A stretch of DNA of 64,000 nt from Octopus vulgaris (GCA_951406725.2 OX597816.1:30194001-30258000); one strand, 5' to 3'. Positions 26,955-40,835 are shown, counted from the stretch's first letter. The notes: generated from the letters alone by a model not told the origin. Numbers and translations: made by a program.

Positions 26955-27538
26955 TCTTTTCTACTATAGGCACAAGGTCCGAAATCTTTAGAGATAGTGA
27001 GGGCCAGCCGATTAGATCGACTCCAGTATGCAACTGGTACTTAATTTATCGACCCCCGAAAGGATGAAAGGCAAAGTCGACCTCGGTGGAACTTGAACTT
27101 AGAACGTAAAGACAGACGAAATACCTATTTCTTTATTACCCACAAGGGGCTAAACATAGAGGGGACAAACAAGGACGGACATAGGTATTAAGTCGATTAC
27201 ATCGACCCCAGTGCGTAACTGGTACTTAATTTATCGAGCCCGAAAGGATGAAAGGCAAAGTCGACCTCGGTGGAATTTGAACTCAGAACGTAAAGACAGA
27301 CGAAATACCTATTTCTTTATTACCCACAAGGGGCTAAACACAGAAGGGACAAACAAGGACAGACATAGGTATTAAGTCGATTACATCGACCCCAGTGCGT
27401 AACTGGTACTTAATTTATCGACCCCGAAAGGATGAAAGGCAAAGTCGACCTCGGTGGAATTTGAACTCAGAACGTAACGGCAGACGAAATACCGCAAAGC
27501 ATTTCGCCCGGCGTGCTAATGTTTCTGCCAGCTCGCCT
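26955..27538 (-). mobile_element. SINE family B multimer: head, two units, alternative tail
   Basis: Plus-strand junction gacgaaatac|ctatttcttt at ~27125 and ~27308. Confidence 0.9.
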
Positions 27539-27958
27539 CCTGTTATATATAGGCACTTGTACCTTATCTACGACGGTACTCCACAAAGCCCAAAGTCATT
27601 TTTGCTTCTCTTTACTTTCTACATAATTTTTTTTTTACTTATCTTTTCTATCAAGTCCTTTTCTTTTTTCTCTCTTTCATTGTCAATGTTCTCTCCTTCC
27701 TTTCCCTCTTTTGTAGACGAAGAGTAATGTCCAAAAGGTCAAGAACATTCTGTTTCTCTTTTTTGTTTTCAGTAACAACTTTATTATTGCACTGATTTCC
27801 TTCTGCTTTACTTTTTTGATGTTTTTGTTGAATTGTCTTATCTTTGCATTACACACACACACACAAACAGGCACGTGGTGGATCTCCGTCGTTCGGCAAT
27901 AATGATTCAGTTCAATCAAATAAATGAACTGCTGAATGAATAAAGATATTCCACAGAT

Positions 27959-28378
27959 ACTCTTTTACTCTTTTACTCTTTTAGTTGTTTCAGTCATTTG
28001 ACAGTGGCCATGCTGGAGCACCGCCTTTAGTCGAGCAACTCGACCCCGGGACTTATTCTTTGTAAGCCCAGTACTTATTCTATCAGTGTCTTTTGCCGAA
28101 CCGCTAAGTGACGGGGACATAAACACACCAGCATCGGTTGTCAAGCAATGCTAGGGGGACAAACACAGACACACAAACACGCACACACACACACACAGAT
28201 ATATATATACATATATACGACGGGCTTCTTTCAGTTTCCGTCTACCAAATCCACTCACAAGGCATTGGTCGGCCCGAGGCTATAGTAGAAGACACTTGCC
28301 CAAGGTGCCACGTAGTGGGACTGAACCCGGAACCATGTGGTTGGTAAGCAAGCTACTTACCACACAGCCACTCCTGCG
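27959..28378 (-). mobile_element. SINE family A
   Basis: Full-length match. Confidence 0.9.
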
Positions 28379-29825
28379 TCGCTTAATGTAATTCTCAATT
28401 AGAATCAGCATGTCACTACGTGAGACAAGGCAATTCACTCGATCCTAGTTTATAGTAAACGACATTTGCTCAAGAAGCCATGCAATGAGATCGAACCCGG
28501 AACCCCCGCTCTTGCATAGCATACCTCTTAACCATTAGGTCGTGCTCCCGCCAATCTTCTGAATATTTCTTACTTCTTGCCCCTCTCTTCCATCCTTTCT
28601 TTTGCTCATTCCGACACTATCTGTCTTTGAATCCTTTCCAGTATATCTCATTAACCTCCCCCTTCCTCCCTCTGTCCTCGTCGTAGTCACATGCACACGC
28701 ATACACACCCACTCATACATTCACATACACACGACCTCAAACGCACAGCCACGCACATAACTATACACATACACACAAAAAAATACAACGACACAACTGT
28801 ACGAAGACAAAACCTCCACCTTATCACACAAACGCGCGCGCTCGTATACACACAACCACACAGCTACACACAGCGCAAAATCCCCCTCCCTCTGAGCTAA
28901 CTAGTGTTGTTCTATGACCCAATAATCTCACAATAGGAGTCGGGAGGGAGGTGGAGGAAGTGACGAGTTTCTTTGCCGAAATCACTTTATCAGCGAGGAT
29001 ACTGTGAAATAATTAAGAATTTCAAAGTCTGAGAATACAAAAGATTACTCACAGTCGTTGGTCCGTGTCTAGCATGTTGGTTAGACAAACAGATTGGCAA
29101 GTAATTTGCAGTCAACCACAAAGAAGGAGGCCATATTAACAGCTAATAATCACTCCTCCTTTGCTTTTAACGCTCGTCACAAAAATTACTGCGAACTTCA
29201 TAGATCCGACAATCCATCGGGTCACCCACCAATGAAAACTTTGTGCTTGTGTCTGTGTTGTTGTTATTCTTGTTTTGTTTGTTTTAGTCAGGGGGGGGGG
29301 AGTAGCCCTGACCGTCAGGGTTTTTGCAACTGGTGAAAGAAACGACACAATTTTCTTCAGATAGAAGACCTGTCCCGAATGCTGGACTTTGTTAAGGTTC
29401 CTAAGTGCCACGTGGTGGTATTAAATCAAGGAAACGACTTCTACCCAGTTCCCATCTACGAAATCCGCACTGACAAAAGGGGTTGATCTAGGATCAATCA
29501 TCAAGACGTGATGGTCATGGCTGGAATGCATGAGTAGGCTTCACGTTGACTTGAGGTGAAACAAGACAGGAGGGTTATGCTTAGAATGTCTTTGAACTTA
29601 GGCCAGCTCGATCAGATTTGACCTGGGTTTAAGCAACAATTCTTGTACAATGAACCAAGAATGTAGCTTCTATATTATTGCTAGCTCTCTCTTCCTAGAA
29701 GTAGAAGCCAAATCTCTCTCAAGTCAGTACAATTTTTATAATTAAGGACACATTAGATATTGTATTCAGAATAAAAATATGACGAGGTGACTATGGCTAG
29801 AAATCTTTTGGTCATAGGTCTATCT

Positions 29826-29930
29826 CAGTGGTTCTCAACTATTTTTGTGACTATGGACCCTTTTGATTTCTGTTTTACTCAGAGAGTGGGACCCTCATCG
29901 TCATTCAATGTCTAAAACTCCTATTTTATC
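29826..29930 (+). mobile_element. hAT (Charlie-like) MITE 5' fragment
   Basis: cagtggttctcaac terminus; sequence matches the start of 58952-59207. Confidence 0.55.
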
Positions 29931-30269
29931 TTGAAATACGAAGACAAGCTTTTGTATGCGAACAACGAGAGAATCAAATGGAAAGCAAGACATAAATATT
30001 TTATTTATATTATTATATGATCGAACTATTTATTTTGGTTTGTGGGACCAGCTGTTTTCTCGAAGGCACATATTGTCGTGAATTGCTCGAAATGTGGAAT
30101 AGACAAACAGCCGACAACTAATGAAGGGTCGTTCTTTATGTTACTTGTCTTGTCTTCCATTTGTTTTTTTCTCGCTATTCGCATACAAAAGCTTGTCTTC
30201 GTTTTTCATGGTGTTTTCGTAGATCGTTAGCCACTACAGACATTTTTTTCTCTCCTTGTTTTTTTCTGT

Positions 30270-30309
30270 CTCTTTCTGTAGAAGAGCGTAGGCTCGAAAC
30301 GTAAAAGAG
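30270..30309 (+). ncRNA. Hammerhead-like motif in a Penelope-like repeat (~30030-30397)
   Basis: ctcttt-CTGTAGA-a gagc gtag gctc-GAA-ACGT-A-aaagag; 6-bp stem I; A6 to U core variant. Confidence 0.55.
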
Positions 30310-30394
30310 TTTTTCTATTCCTGAGCATTATACTAATACATCTGTTTGTTTTGTACACAACCTGTCTTCGTCTTTTGTTTTGTTCGTAAACTCT

Positions 30395-30740
<346 letters not shown>

Positions 30741-31117
30741 GCTTATATATCATTGCCGGCCTATCTGAAACTATATCAATATTTCTCTCCCTCTACATGT
30801 ATATTGCACGTCATTGTTATGCAATCTCTATAGGGAAATCTTTATAACGCCCCGTTTATCCTGTATCCAGCAGACAGTGGGACACAACTGTAGATATACG
30901 GCTGCCAAACAGATGTTCTTTTGTGACCAAGTTTGATATCAAATGTAGGATAAGCGTTGGACTAAATACCAGCTAAGCATTTCTTTAAGTGCAGTTACTT
31001 TTCCATTACTATGAACCTACTTGCTTAGCTCACTGTTTATCTCTCTTTCTATGTATCTTTATACTCATCATTATACAAGCACATATATTTGTATATTCAA
31101 TACATCATATAAGATAT

Positions 31118-31318
31118 ACTTTTACTTTTTTACTTGTTTCAGTCATGTGACTGTGGCCATGCTGGAGCACCGTCTTTAGTCGAGCAAATCGACCCAGGGA
31201 CTTATTCTTTGGAAGTCCAGTACTTATTCTATCGGTCTATTTTGCCGAACCGCTAAGTTACGGGGACGTAAACACACCAACATCGGTTGGGGAGACAAAC
31301 GCAGACACACAGACATAT

Positions 31319-31381
<63 letters not shown>

Positions 31382-31545
31382 TACGACGGGCTTTCAGTTT
31401 CCGTCTACCAAATCCACTCACAAGGCTTTGGTTGGCCCGAGGCTATAGTAGAAGACACTTGCCCAAGGTGCCACGCAGTGTGACTGAACCCGGAACCATG
31501 TGGTTGGTAAACAAGCTACTTACCACACAGCCACTCCTACGCCTA
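31118..31545 (-). mobile_element. SINE family A
   Basis: Full-length match with small deletions. Confidence 0.9.
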
Positions 31546-31802
31546 TACATATACATATTTACTTACAACCGCTTAACAACCAGTGACAGCTTTTTTACAT
31601 CCCGCAGCATAACGGTTCTACAAAAAGGGCCGATAGACTAAGTACCTGGCTTTAAATAATAGTACTGGGGTCGCTCAAGGCGGTACTCCAGTATGGTCGT
31701 TGTCTAATGACTGAAACAAGTAAAAGATAAGGCACCAAGCAGTTTTACTTTCTTTTTCATCATTGTGGTTCTTATTTATTGTAAAAACAAGAAACATTAA
31801 AG

Positions 31803-32130
31803 AAAAACAAATCTACAAAGATCATACTTTGAGCCGGGGAAGTATCCCCTTGGTCACTAGTTCGGATCTTTTCGGTTTGAACGGCAGTTTTTAACATAAT
31901 TTCTAGGTAACTAAAAAATTTTGAACTTCGTAAACAAAAACAAATCTACAAAGATCATACTTTGAGCCGGGGAAGTATCCCCTTGGTCACTAGTTCGGAT
32001 CTTTTCGGTTTGAACGGCAGTTTTTAACATAATTTCTAGGTAACTAAAAAATTTTGAACTTCGTAAACAAAAACAAATCTACAAAGATCATACTTTGAGC
32101 CGGGGAAGTATCCCCTTGGTCACTAGTAAA
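31803..32130 (+). repeat. 133-bp tandem duplication spanning the left junction of MITE D
   Basis: Flank plus first ~68 bp of the MITE repeated; TIR starts at 31864, 31997, 32131. Confidence 0.9.
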
Positions 32131-32556
32131 GGATCTTTTCGGTTTGAACGGCTGTTTTTAACATAATTTCTGGGTAACTAAAAAATTTTGAACTTCGTAT
32201 ACTGGTAGAATGTGTTTATAAAACATCTTTTTCTCTTGGCTTTATTGAGAAATTTCTATAGTTTGTAAGATATTTGTTGTTTTTTTTCTCTTCAATTTCT
32301 GCAATTTCAACCATTCACTGACGTCTATTGAAGTAAAAAAACATTCTGTGCCGTATGAATATGTCCCTCGTTTAAGAAACAGATTGGGTTTATTTACATT
32401 TGTGAAGAAAAACAGATACCCTTCCCCCCACCCCTAACCCTAACCCTAACCCTAAAACAGATTGAAATGCAATAGATCGATTCTAGGGTCATAATTATGG
32501 GTGACAATTTCATATGACACCGCTAGAAAAAACTGCCGTTCAAACCGAAAAGATCC
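32131..32556 (+). mobile_element. MITE family D
   Basis: Both TIRs; flanks ctagtaaa/ctagcaaa (8-bp TSD, 1 mismatch); (ccctaa)n at ~32431-32455. Confidence 0.9.
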
Positions 32557-32910
32557 CTAGCAAAAATTGTAATCATAGATAGACTAAGACCAAATAAAAT
32601 GGTATGTGATCATGACTTTCAGACTAGTTCTAACTCATTTAATATAGGTATGGAGTGTTGTAATAGTTGTTTAGTTCTCGGTCAACTTTGATCGAGCTGA
32701 TCTATGATCAAAGTCGTTCCAGCTGCATCCATCACATCAGTTTGGTGGTGTTTCGGATTTGTTAAGAAGTGCACACTCTAATTTTCTGTTTTGCCATTTT
32801 AAGCCAGCAAGTTGTGTTTTGAGGGAGGTTTCGATAATGTTTCTAGCAGATCGACCAACCGAATTAAGAGGGTCTCTCATTCGTTCATACATATGTGTAT
32901 GTGTTTATAT

Positions 32911-33208
32911 GTTTGTTCCTTCTCACCCTGGCTCATAAGGGCCGTTTTCTCGGTTTCCAGGGCGTATAGGTTCCCCACCTGAACGGGACGCCGGTCCGTC
33001 GCAAGTGAGCTGCAAGATGCAGGAGGAAAGAGTGAGAGAAAGTTGTGGCGAAAGAGTCAGCAGAAGTTCGCCATTATTTCTGCCGGAGCCGCGTAGAGCT
33101 TACGTGTTTTCACTCATAATCACACACACATCACCCGGTCTGAGATTCGAACCCGCGATCCCTCGACCGCGAGTCCGCTGCTCTAACCACTAGGTCATGT
33201 GCCTCCAC
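32911..33208 (-). mobile_element. SINE family C
   Basis: Matches 18575-18875. Confidence 0.85.
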
Positions 33209-33857
33209 AGTGTTTATATGTATGTATTATTCACAACTGAAACTACCCTGATGAACATGTTTCTCTATTGTTCTACTATTTACTATATTTCTGTCCTTCT
33301 TTGTGGTCCGAATGGTGAAATCTTTTAAATTCCTGTACATTCCCGACCCTGACCTTTGATAACATGTGATTCGCTATGAATGGGGAAACCTTTTTTTGCA
33401 CCCCGACTTTATATATAAATATATATATTTCTATTTTTATTTCTAACCACTTATATTCCGGGTCAAGGTTAATGTGTCTTATCAAGCAGAAGATAGCAAA
33501 TACCTACCTCACTTGTAAAGGGATTGTTTGCTCTCTTTAGGCCAACCCTACCTAAGCAAACACTCATATCCTAACTACCTCAATGTACGCGCACAAGCAT
33601 GCACGGGGAGGTGGGATAGGATGCGCGCGTACGTGTATTTGAGTGGGGAGGAGGTTATTTTACGCCGGTCACAAACTCTAGATAATGCTTGTTTTCAATA
33701 CACAACGTCCTCAAGCATATATTTAATCGCCTGCGAGATCAAGCTGAACTTGGGCTATACAACATCAACATACCTACGGGCAGAAGATGAAGCCTCTGTT
33801 GGTGAGAAATAGCTTCCAAATATTCTCAAAATACGAGCCTAAGAAATAATAGTTCTA

Positions 33858-34885
33858 TTGCGTTGAGTCAAAGGTTTTTAATATTTTGGTAAAATTATCA
33901 TTTACATTATCCAAGTTACAAAAAAAGCAGCCTAACATTCAAAGTAGAAGCCATTGTGTTGCACCGTTCTTCCAGTTTTTTTAAACCTGCGGTGATACCA
34001 CTTCTTGTTCTTCGAGGCGAAGAACTCCTTCACTGAAGCCTCCAACTCATCTTGTTTGATAAAGCGTCGCGAACGCAGAAAGTGAGCCATAGACCGGAAC
34101 AGGTAATGATCCGAGGGAGTTAGGTCCGGACTATATACTGAGTTCGGTTCCCTCAAGTATGTTTTGTGTCGTTCGAGCGGAATGTGGTCTTGCGTTGTCT
34201 TGTTGCAGAAGAGCTCGCTTTCTATTAACCAATGCCGGGTATTATTGACGCACAATGGCATACATCCGTTCGTCTCATACTCTACGAGCGCTACTTGCCG
34301 TATTTGCCTCTATGGCTTGGGACACTGTGTTGGAATTCACGGTTTTAGGCCCGCCTGACTTTGCCTGATCTTCGAATTTCTTGCAACTCAAGCGAAATTT
34401 TTTTTACCGTCTGGTTAGTGCACTGCGACCAACTGCGCCTTCACGTCTCGCTCAACAAATGCTTTTGGTTGCTTCAGCGGTGTTATGACCCAGTTCGAAC
34501 TTGCAAAGCATAAGTTCCTGAATTAGATTATTTTGCACATTCATCTATGTGGCTTTCAAATCATGCACAGAATGAAGTAATGCACAATATGAAAGCGCAC
34601 CAACTACCACGATACTACCAACCTCAGCGGCGGTTTGAACTGTTTCGGTCACATAGTATAGAAACCGCAAACTAGCACTCTTTTACTTGTTTCAGTCATT
34701 TGACTGCGGCCATGCTGGAGCACCACCTTTTAGTCGAGCAAATCGACCCCGGAACTTATTCTTTGTAAGCCCAGTACTTATTCTATCGGTCTCATTTGCC
34801 GAACCGCTAAGTGACGGGGACGTAAACACACCAGCATCGGTTGTCAAGCAATGCTTGGGGGACAAACACAGACACACAAACACAT

Positions 34886-34932
<47 letters not shown>

Positions 34933-35132
34933 TACGACAGGCTTCTTTCAGTTTCCGTCTACCAAATCCACTCACAAGGCATTGGTCGGCCCGGGGCTAT
35001 AGTAGAAGACACTTGCCCAAGGTGCCACGCAGTGAGACTGAACCTGGAACCATGTGGTTGGTTAGCAAGCTACTTACCACACGGCCACTCCTGCGCCTAT
35101 GCAGATATTGCAAAACTTTTAACTTGTCTCAA
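33858..35132 (-). mobile_element. Internally deleted, decayed mariner transposon interrupted by SINE A
   Basis: N-terminus MNVQNNLIQELMLCKFELGHNTAEATKSI.. from ATG at 34544; C-terminus YSPDLTPSDHYLFRSMAHFL; degenerate TIRs flanked by TA at 33856 and 35133; stops. Confidence 0.8.
34677..35098 (-). mobile_element. SINE family A nested in the mariner
   Basis: Full-length match. Confidence 0.9.
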
Positions 35133-35329
35133 TACACACAACTACAAAAGCAATGTAGGAGTTATTTAGTGTTTTGGGGTCTTACAACGTACACGCTCAT
35201 TCAGGTGACCCGACTTACGTTGATCAAAACTTTTCACAGATTGCACTCTACTGACCCCACTCAGATCGCTCTTTCCAGCCAGAGCCATGTTGCTACCTTC
35301 TTAACAACATTTACGTCGTATTTGATGGT

Positions 35330-35520
35330 TGTTTTTCTATTCATTCCAGTAATGCCTAGTGGTCCATAGCCTTAATGAAGGAAACGATTTGCAGACGCTC
35401 AACCGCCCAGTTCCATTTGCAATAATCTGGTTCTTCATCCATTCTAGTTACAGTTCTCCATCATATCTAATACTTTCTTCTCATCTTGTATTTCCTCTAT
35501 CTTCTCGTCCTAGGTTCAAT
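35330..35520 (-). mobile_element. Possible old RTE-like LINE 3' fragment
   Basis: Reverse translation gives KWNWA.. then LWTTR.., resembling the KW.WAGH...RWT motif; heavily decayed. Confidence 0.3.
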
Positions 35521-36002
35521 TAACACTAATATGATTAGCTGTCTTGGGTGGTATGCAATGGAAATTATAGCTGTTTCTCCACATCAACTTCAGTCATGTG
35601 TTGTGGAAAGTAAACCATCGGAACCATTCTTAGGTCTTTCCTTTTGCTGTTTCTTATCCTTAATAAAAGTTATTTATCTGCCTTGATTGTTGGCATTTCA
35701 GCTGTCATTGATCCCTTAGCTCATTGCCTCAGTTATCATCTTGAATACATGATTGTCCCCGTAACAATAACAAGGAACTCTTTCAGTTCCTTGGAACAGC
35801 TACTTTAGAATGTGTTCAAGTGTCCCCGTGTTTGAACCACGGGGATATGCTGTGGGTTTCGCTAAGCCCATGTAGGTAGGTTGGATAGCTGGAGTGGACA
35901 AGATAGCCCCCCCACCCAATACATAATAATATTACTCATCTCCTCAATGCAAGTTGACCTGTGACTAAACAACTACAGCAATATATCTATATACTGTTTA
36001 AT

Positions 36003-36215
36003 AGGCGGTGAGTAGGCAGAATCAATACCGTGCTGAAGAAAATGCTTAGCGGCATTTCGTCCATCTTTCCATTCAGAGCTCGAAACCTACCGAGGTCGAC
36101 TTTGCCTTTCAGCTTTTCGAGGTCGTTAAAATAAATACCAGCCGAGCACTGGGGTCGAAGTAATCGACTTAACCCTCCCCCCTAATTGCTGGCCATGTGC
36201 TAAAATTTGAAACCA
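36003..36215 (+). mobile_element. Older SINE family B monomer
   Basis: Diverged match. Confidence 0.75.
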
Positions 36216-36394
36216 ATAGTCAAAAGTATGTCACATTATAAAGGCAAGGAATTAGAAAAACCCGTTGAGCATCAGATTAATTGATTTGTGGAATATAGTT
36301 ACGGTTCTTTAATGATCTAAATTCAATTCCCACTGATGTCAACTTTGCTTAAGATATTTCTGGGGTCAATAAAATATAATGCCAGTCAGATATA

Positions 36395-36598
36395 TAGGCG
36401 CAGGGTTGGCTGTGTGATAAGAAACTTACTTCCCAACACATGGTTCCGGGTTCAGTCCCACTGTATGGCACCTTGGGCAAGTGTTTTCTACAATAGCCTC
36501 GGGCCGACCAAAGCTTTGTGAGTGGATTTAGTAGATGGAAACTGGAAGAAGCCCGTCGTATATATGTATATATATTATAATTACTGTTGTTGCTGTTA

Positions 36599-36645
<47 letters not shown>

Positions 36646-37042
36646 GTTGTTGTTGTTATTGTTGTTGTTGTTATGAAGTGGCTGTGTGGTAAGTAGCTTG
36701 CTTACGAAACACATGGTTCCGAGTTCAGTCCCACTGCGTGGCACCTTGGGCAAGTGTCTCCTACTATAGCCTCGGGCCGACCAAAGCCTTGTGACTGGGT
36801 TTAGTAGACGGAATCTGAAAGAAGCCCGTCGTATATATGTATGTGTGTGTATATGTTTGTGTGTTTGAGTTTGTCCCCCCACTATCACTTGACAACCGAT
36901 GCTGGTGTGTTTACGTCTCTGTAACACAGCGGTTCGGCGCAAGAGCCCGATAGAATAAGTACTAGGCTCATAAAGAATAAGTCCTGGGGTCGATTTGCTC
37001 GACTAAAAGACCGCAGTCAAATGACTGAAACAAGTAAAAGAG
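36395..37042 (+). mobile_element. SINE family A 5' half (36395-36565), (TTA/TTG)n tract, then a full copy (36677-37042)
   Basis: Two consecutive heads and one tail. Confidence 0.85.
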
Positions 37043-37057
37043 TATATATATATGTAC

Positions 37058-37144
<87 letters not shown>

Positions 37145-37749
37145 TTTACAGAATGAGGGAGTAGGTACAAGAAAGTGAGGAAGATAGGAAAGAGAAGAGG
37201 TGCGTGCCACCAGTAAGTCCTCTGAAGTGTACTGGCGCACGAAATAATATTGAACCTACTTTAGCTGTCCTATACCACTTCATTTACTTACCAACCATCT
37301 CGGTCGTGAGTGATTTAGCAGACACCACGACCACCACCACCGCCATCACCACCATCACCACCACTATCACCAATCAGGTTCCTACTAAATGTACTACTGT
37401 ACCTTAATAGATTTTAAGTACATCAAAGGTCAATAATGTTTCTAGCGATGTTAAGATTCAAGTAAACACAATAAAGGGGTTTATCCATATCAGATGAAAC
37501 ACAATAATAGGTTGAATTTGTGCGGTAAATAACAAGTATATTTGCTTCTCGTATTCAGTGTTGAGTTCAAGCAGGCTTTTTTGATAGTGGTGGCGCGGCG
37601 GCGGCGGCGGTGATAGTCTACGTCACTAAATCAATTGATAAAACAGCAAAACATACGTGTGTTGTCAAAATGAGTCCCCAGTCCTTAATAAAATACATTA
37701 AAATGATATTTGTTGTGTGAGAGAGAACTAATAATAAAATGCAAGCATA

Positions 37750-37890
37750 GCAAGCGTGGTTGCGTGGATCAGAGTTCCGGGTTCAGTTCGGCAGCGTGGT
37801 GCCTTGGGCAAGTGTTTTTTTTTTTACTATAGCCTAAGTACGATCAAGCCTTGTGAGTGGATTTCGTAGACATAAAATTAACAGAAGCCC

Positions 37891-37935
<45 letters not shown>

Positions 37936-38360
37936 GGGAGTGGTTGACGGAACCGTTAATCCCGACACATTTTTCTCTCTATCCACTTTTAGTTCTTTCT
38001 CTCTCTCTCTCTCTCTCTCTCTTTTTTCATATTTTTCACTATCCGTAGAGGAGCATAGGCTCGAAACGTTAAAAAATCAAAGGTAGAACAGAAAGAACAC
38101 AACAGACGGAAACCAACAAAACACAAAATAGACGATAGCACGACATATATGTGTGTGTGTCCTCCACCACTGCTTGATAACCGCTGTTGGGTTGTTTATG
38201 TCCTCGTAACTTAGCGGTTCGGCATAAGAAACAGATAGAATAAGTACCAGGTTTAAGAAAACGACAGACAATAAGCACTAGGGTCTATTCATTCGACTAA
38301 AAGTCCTTCAAGGCTATGCCCCAGCATGGCCACAGTCTAATGACTGAAACAGATAAAAGA
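37750..38360 (+). mobile_element. Older SINE A with a Penelope-like insert (~37935-38145) in its microsatellite
   Basis: SINE halves separated by sequence nearly identical to the reverse complement of 40362-40533. Confidence 0.75.
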
Positions 38361-38382
38361 TATATAACTATTTACTAACTAT

Positions 38383-38606
38383 TTTTTTTACTGCCCACAA
38401 GGCGCTAAACATAGAGGGGACAAACAAGGACGGACAAACGGATTAAGTCGATTACATCGACCCCAGTGCGTAACCGGTACTTAATTTGTCGACCCCGAAA
38501 GGATGAAAGGCAAAGTCGACCTCGGCGGAATTTGAACTCAGAACGTAACGACAAACGAAATACCGCTAAGCATTTCGCCCGGCGTGCTAACGTTTCTGCC
38601 AGCTCG
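38383..38606 (-). mobile_element. SINE family B monomer
   Basis: Reverse-complement match. Confidence 0.9.
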
Positions 38607-39230
38607 AAGATATAAGGTAGCTGTTGTTTCCGTTTCAAATCCATTGAGTGGCACTTTGAGTAAATGGCTTCCACTAATAGCAGTATTTTGATTAATGGCT
38701 TTGAGTGGTCAGAGTCTGATGCTTGTTTGTTTGTGGCTACCCGTTTGTGTTTACGTGCGTGTATTCTATCATTATAACGTCTTTGATGAGAGCTTTGTGT
38801 ATGTGTGTGTTTGTGTATGTGTGTGTTTGTATATGTGTGTGTTTGTGTATGTGTAGTTGTTTGTACAAGAGAGTGGTATGTTTGTTTTTATAAAGTAGTG
38901 GTATTTGCGCGTTTTACTCTGCAAATTTTATACACAATAGAATCCCCTAATGAGATGCATGTCGGGTCCCCAGCAAAGTAATATCGTTAGGTATATATGA
39001 TACCTGAGATCGAAAGGGAACTCGAGGGAGAAGAAGAGAGTCAAAAGGTAAGTGAAGGAGGAGAGGCATAATATGGAAAGCAAAGTGAGATGTGAGAAGA
39101 AGATTTATAGTGTGTAAAGTGCGAAAGAAAGACAGGTAGACAAACACAGGTATTGACTAAGTTGTTAAAGCAGGCAGGTCCCAGCCCCCAGCCCGATACC
39201 CAAAAGTCAATATGACCTTAGACGGTCATT

Positions 39231-39579
39231 ATAAATGCATATACGGGTGTAGGCGAATATGTGTACATAAGCATATACGTACATACACACATACATAGAT
39301 GCATACACACACACACACACATGTTCACTGTCTGCGACTGCCTGATACCCGGAAGAAGTAACTATATACACATACACGCGCGCACATGTATATATATACA
39401 CAGGTAATGTGACTCTGACATAAAAAGAGGGTCCGTATAACTGAACCAGTCGGTACAACATAGGATAGTTGGGAAGAAAATATACGGACACATAAAAACT
39501 GAAGCAGAATCATTAAATTACTACTTTGCATTAATGTAGAAACCAATACACCAATATACATACATGCACACACACACAA

Positions 39580-39618
<39 letters not shown>

Positions 39619-39791
39619 GATGTGTGTATTTTCCCTTGTTTTTCACATTACATGTGTATATACATGTGTGTGTATAGTGACTTCTTCCGGGTAACAGGTA
39701 ATCGCAGACAGTGAACATGTGTGTATGTGTGTGTGTATGTATGTATGTATGTGCGTATGTACGTATTTGAATTACACCTGCGTTAAACTCC

Positions 39792-39797
<6 letters not shown>
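39231..39797. repeat. Imperfect inverted repeat (foldback)
   Basis: cacatgttcactgtctgcga..cccggaagaagt (~39318-39365) is the reverse complement of ~39675-39721; weaker outer arms. Confidence 0.75.
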
Positions 39798-39829
<32 letters not shown>

Positions 39830-40284
39830 TCAGGGTGAATACTTGATAATTGATAATACTTGATAATTGTAAGCACCTGTATATGCCGTTTAGTGGTGTA
39901 GGTGATAGAGTATATTTATCAAAATAAAAACATGATGCAAGGGATTTAGCGGTACATGTGTTTCTGGCTTTTATTAGACGGTTTATATCAATGCATAATT
40001 TCTTCAGCCTCGTACAATTACTACTCCAAGGACATGTATTACATTAGTTTGGGAAAAAGACGAATTACGTTGGGGATGCAAATCCTCATAGTCGTGTACA
40101 ACATAGCGAGGCACCAAAACAAAATCGAAGCGTCCACCCCGTATATATTCTCACACACACACACACACACACACGCACAAATTATTTAAAACATTCTGAT
40201 TCGGTTCTTGTAACTCCTACTAAGTGTGTTGAGCGCCTTTTCCGTTCGTTTCTCCACTCACATGCGCGCACGCTTCAAATGTAC

Positions 40285-40407
40285 AGTAGACAAAAGACAA
40301 AGACAGTCGAGGAAACATCAAGCAAGTGTATTAGCTTGATGCTCCGGAAGAATGGAAGAGTTTTTAACGTTTCGAGCCTATGCTCCTCTACGGATAGTGA
40401 AAAATAT

Positions 40408-40466
<59 letters not shown>

Positions 40467-40533
40467 AGAGAAAGAACTAAAAGTGGATAGAGAGAAAAAT
40501 GTGTCGGGATTAACGGTTCCGTCAACCACTCCC
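40285..40533 (-). mobile_element. Short Penelope-like repeat with a degenerate hammerhead-like motif
   Basis: Minus strand ccgtagaggagcataggctcgaaacgtt; same family as 283, 30270, 54423. Confidence 0.6.
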
Positions 40534-40835
40534 AAAACATTCTCTTCCAAGAAAATAATTTCAACTCCCGAATTTTTTCAACTTACATGCATATAAAAAG
40601 TCTGAATTTTTTGTGAAAAAAATTATTGTTGGTGAATCCCTTAAAGGGATGAAAGCCCTAAATAAATAGTTTTAATCCCAATCTTAACTGTCTCGTTTTC
40701 CTTAATATATAAAATCTGTACACCACTTCAAATAATCTATGCATGCATACATTCATGTTTGTTAGTGTGGTGTGGTGTCGTGGTGGTGGTGTGTGTATAG
40801 GGGTATGTTTGTATGTGTATGTGTTGAGCGAGAGA

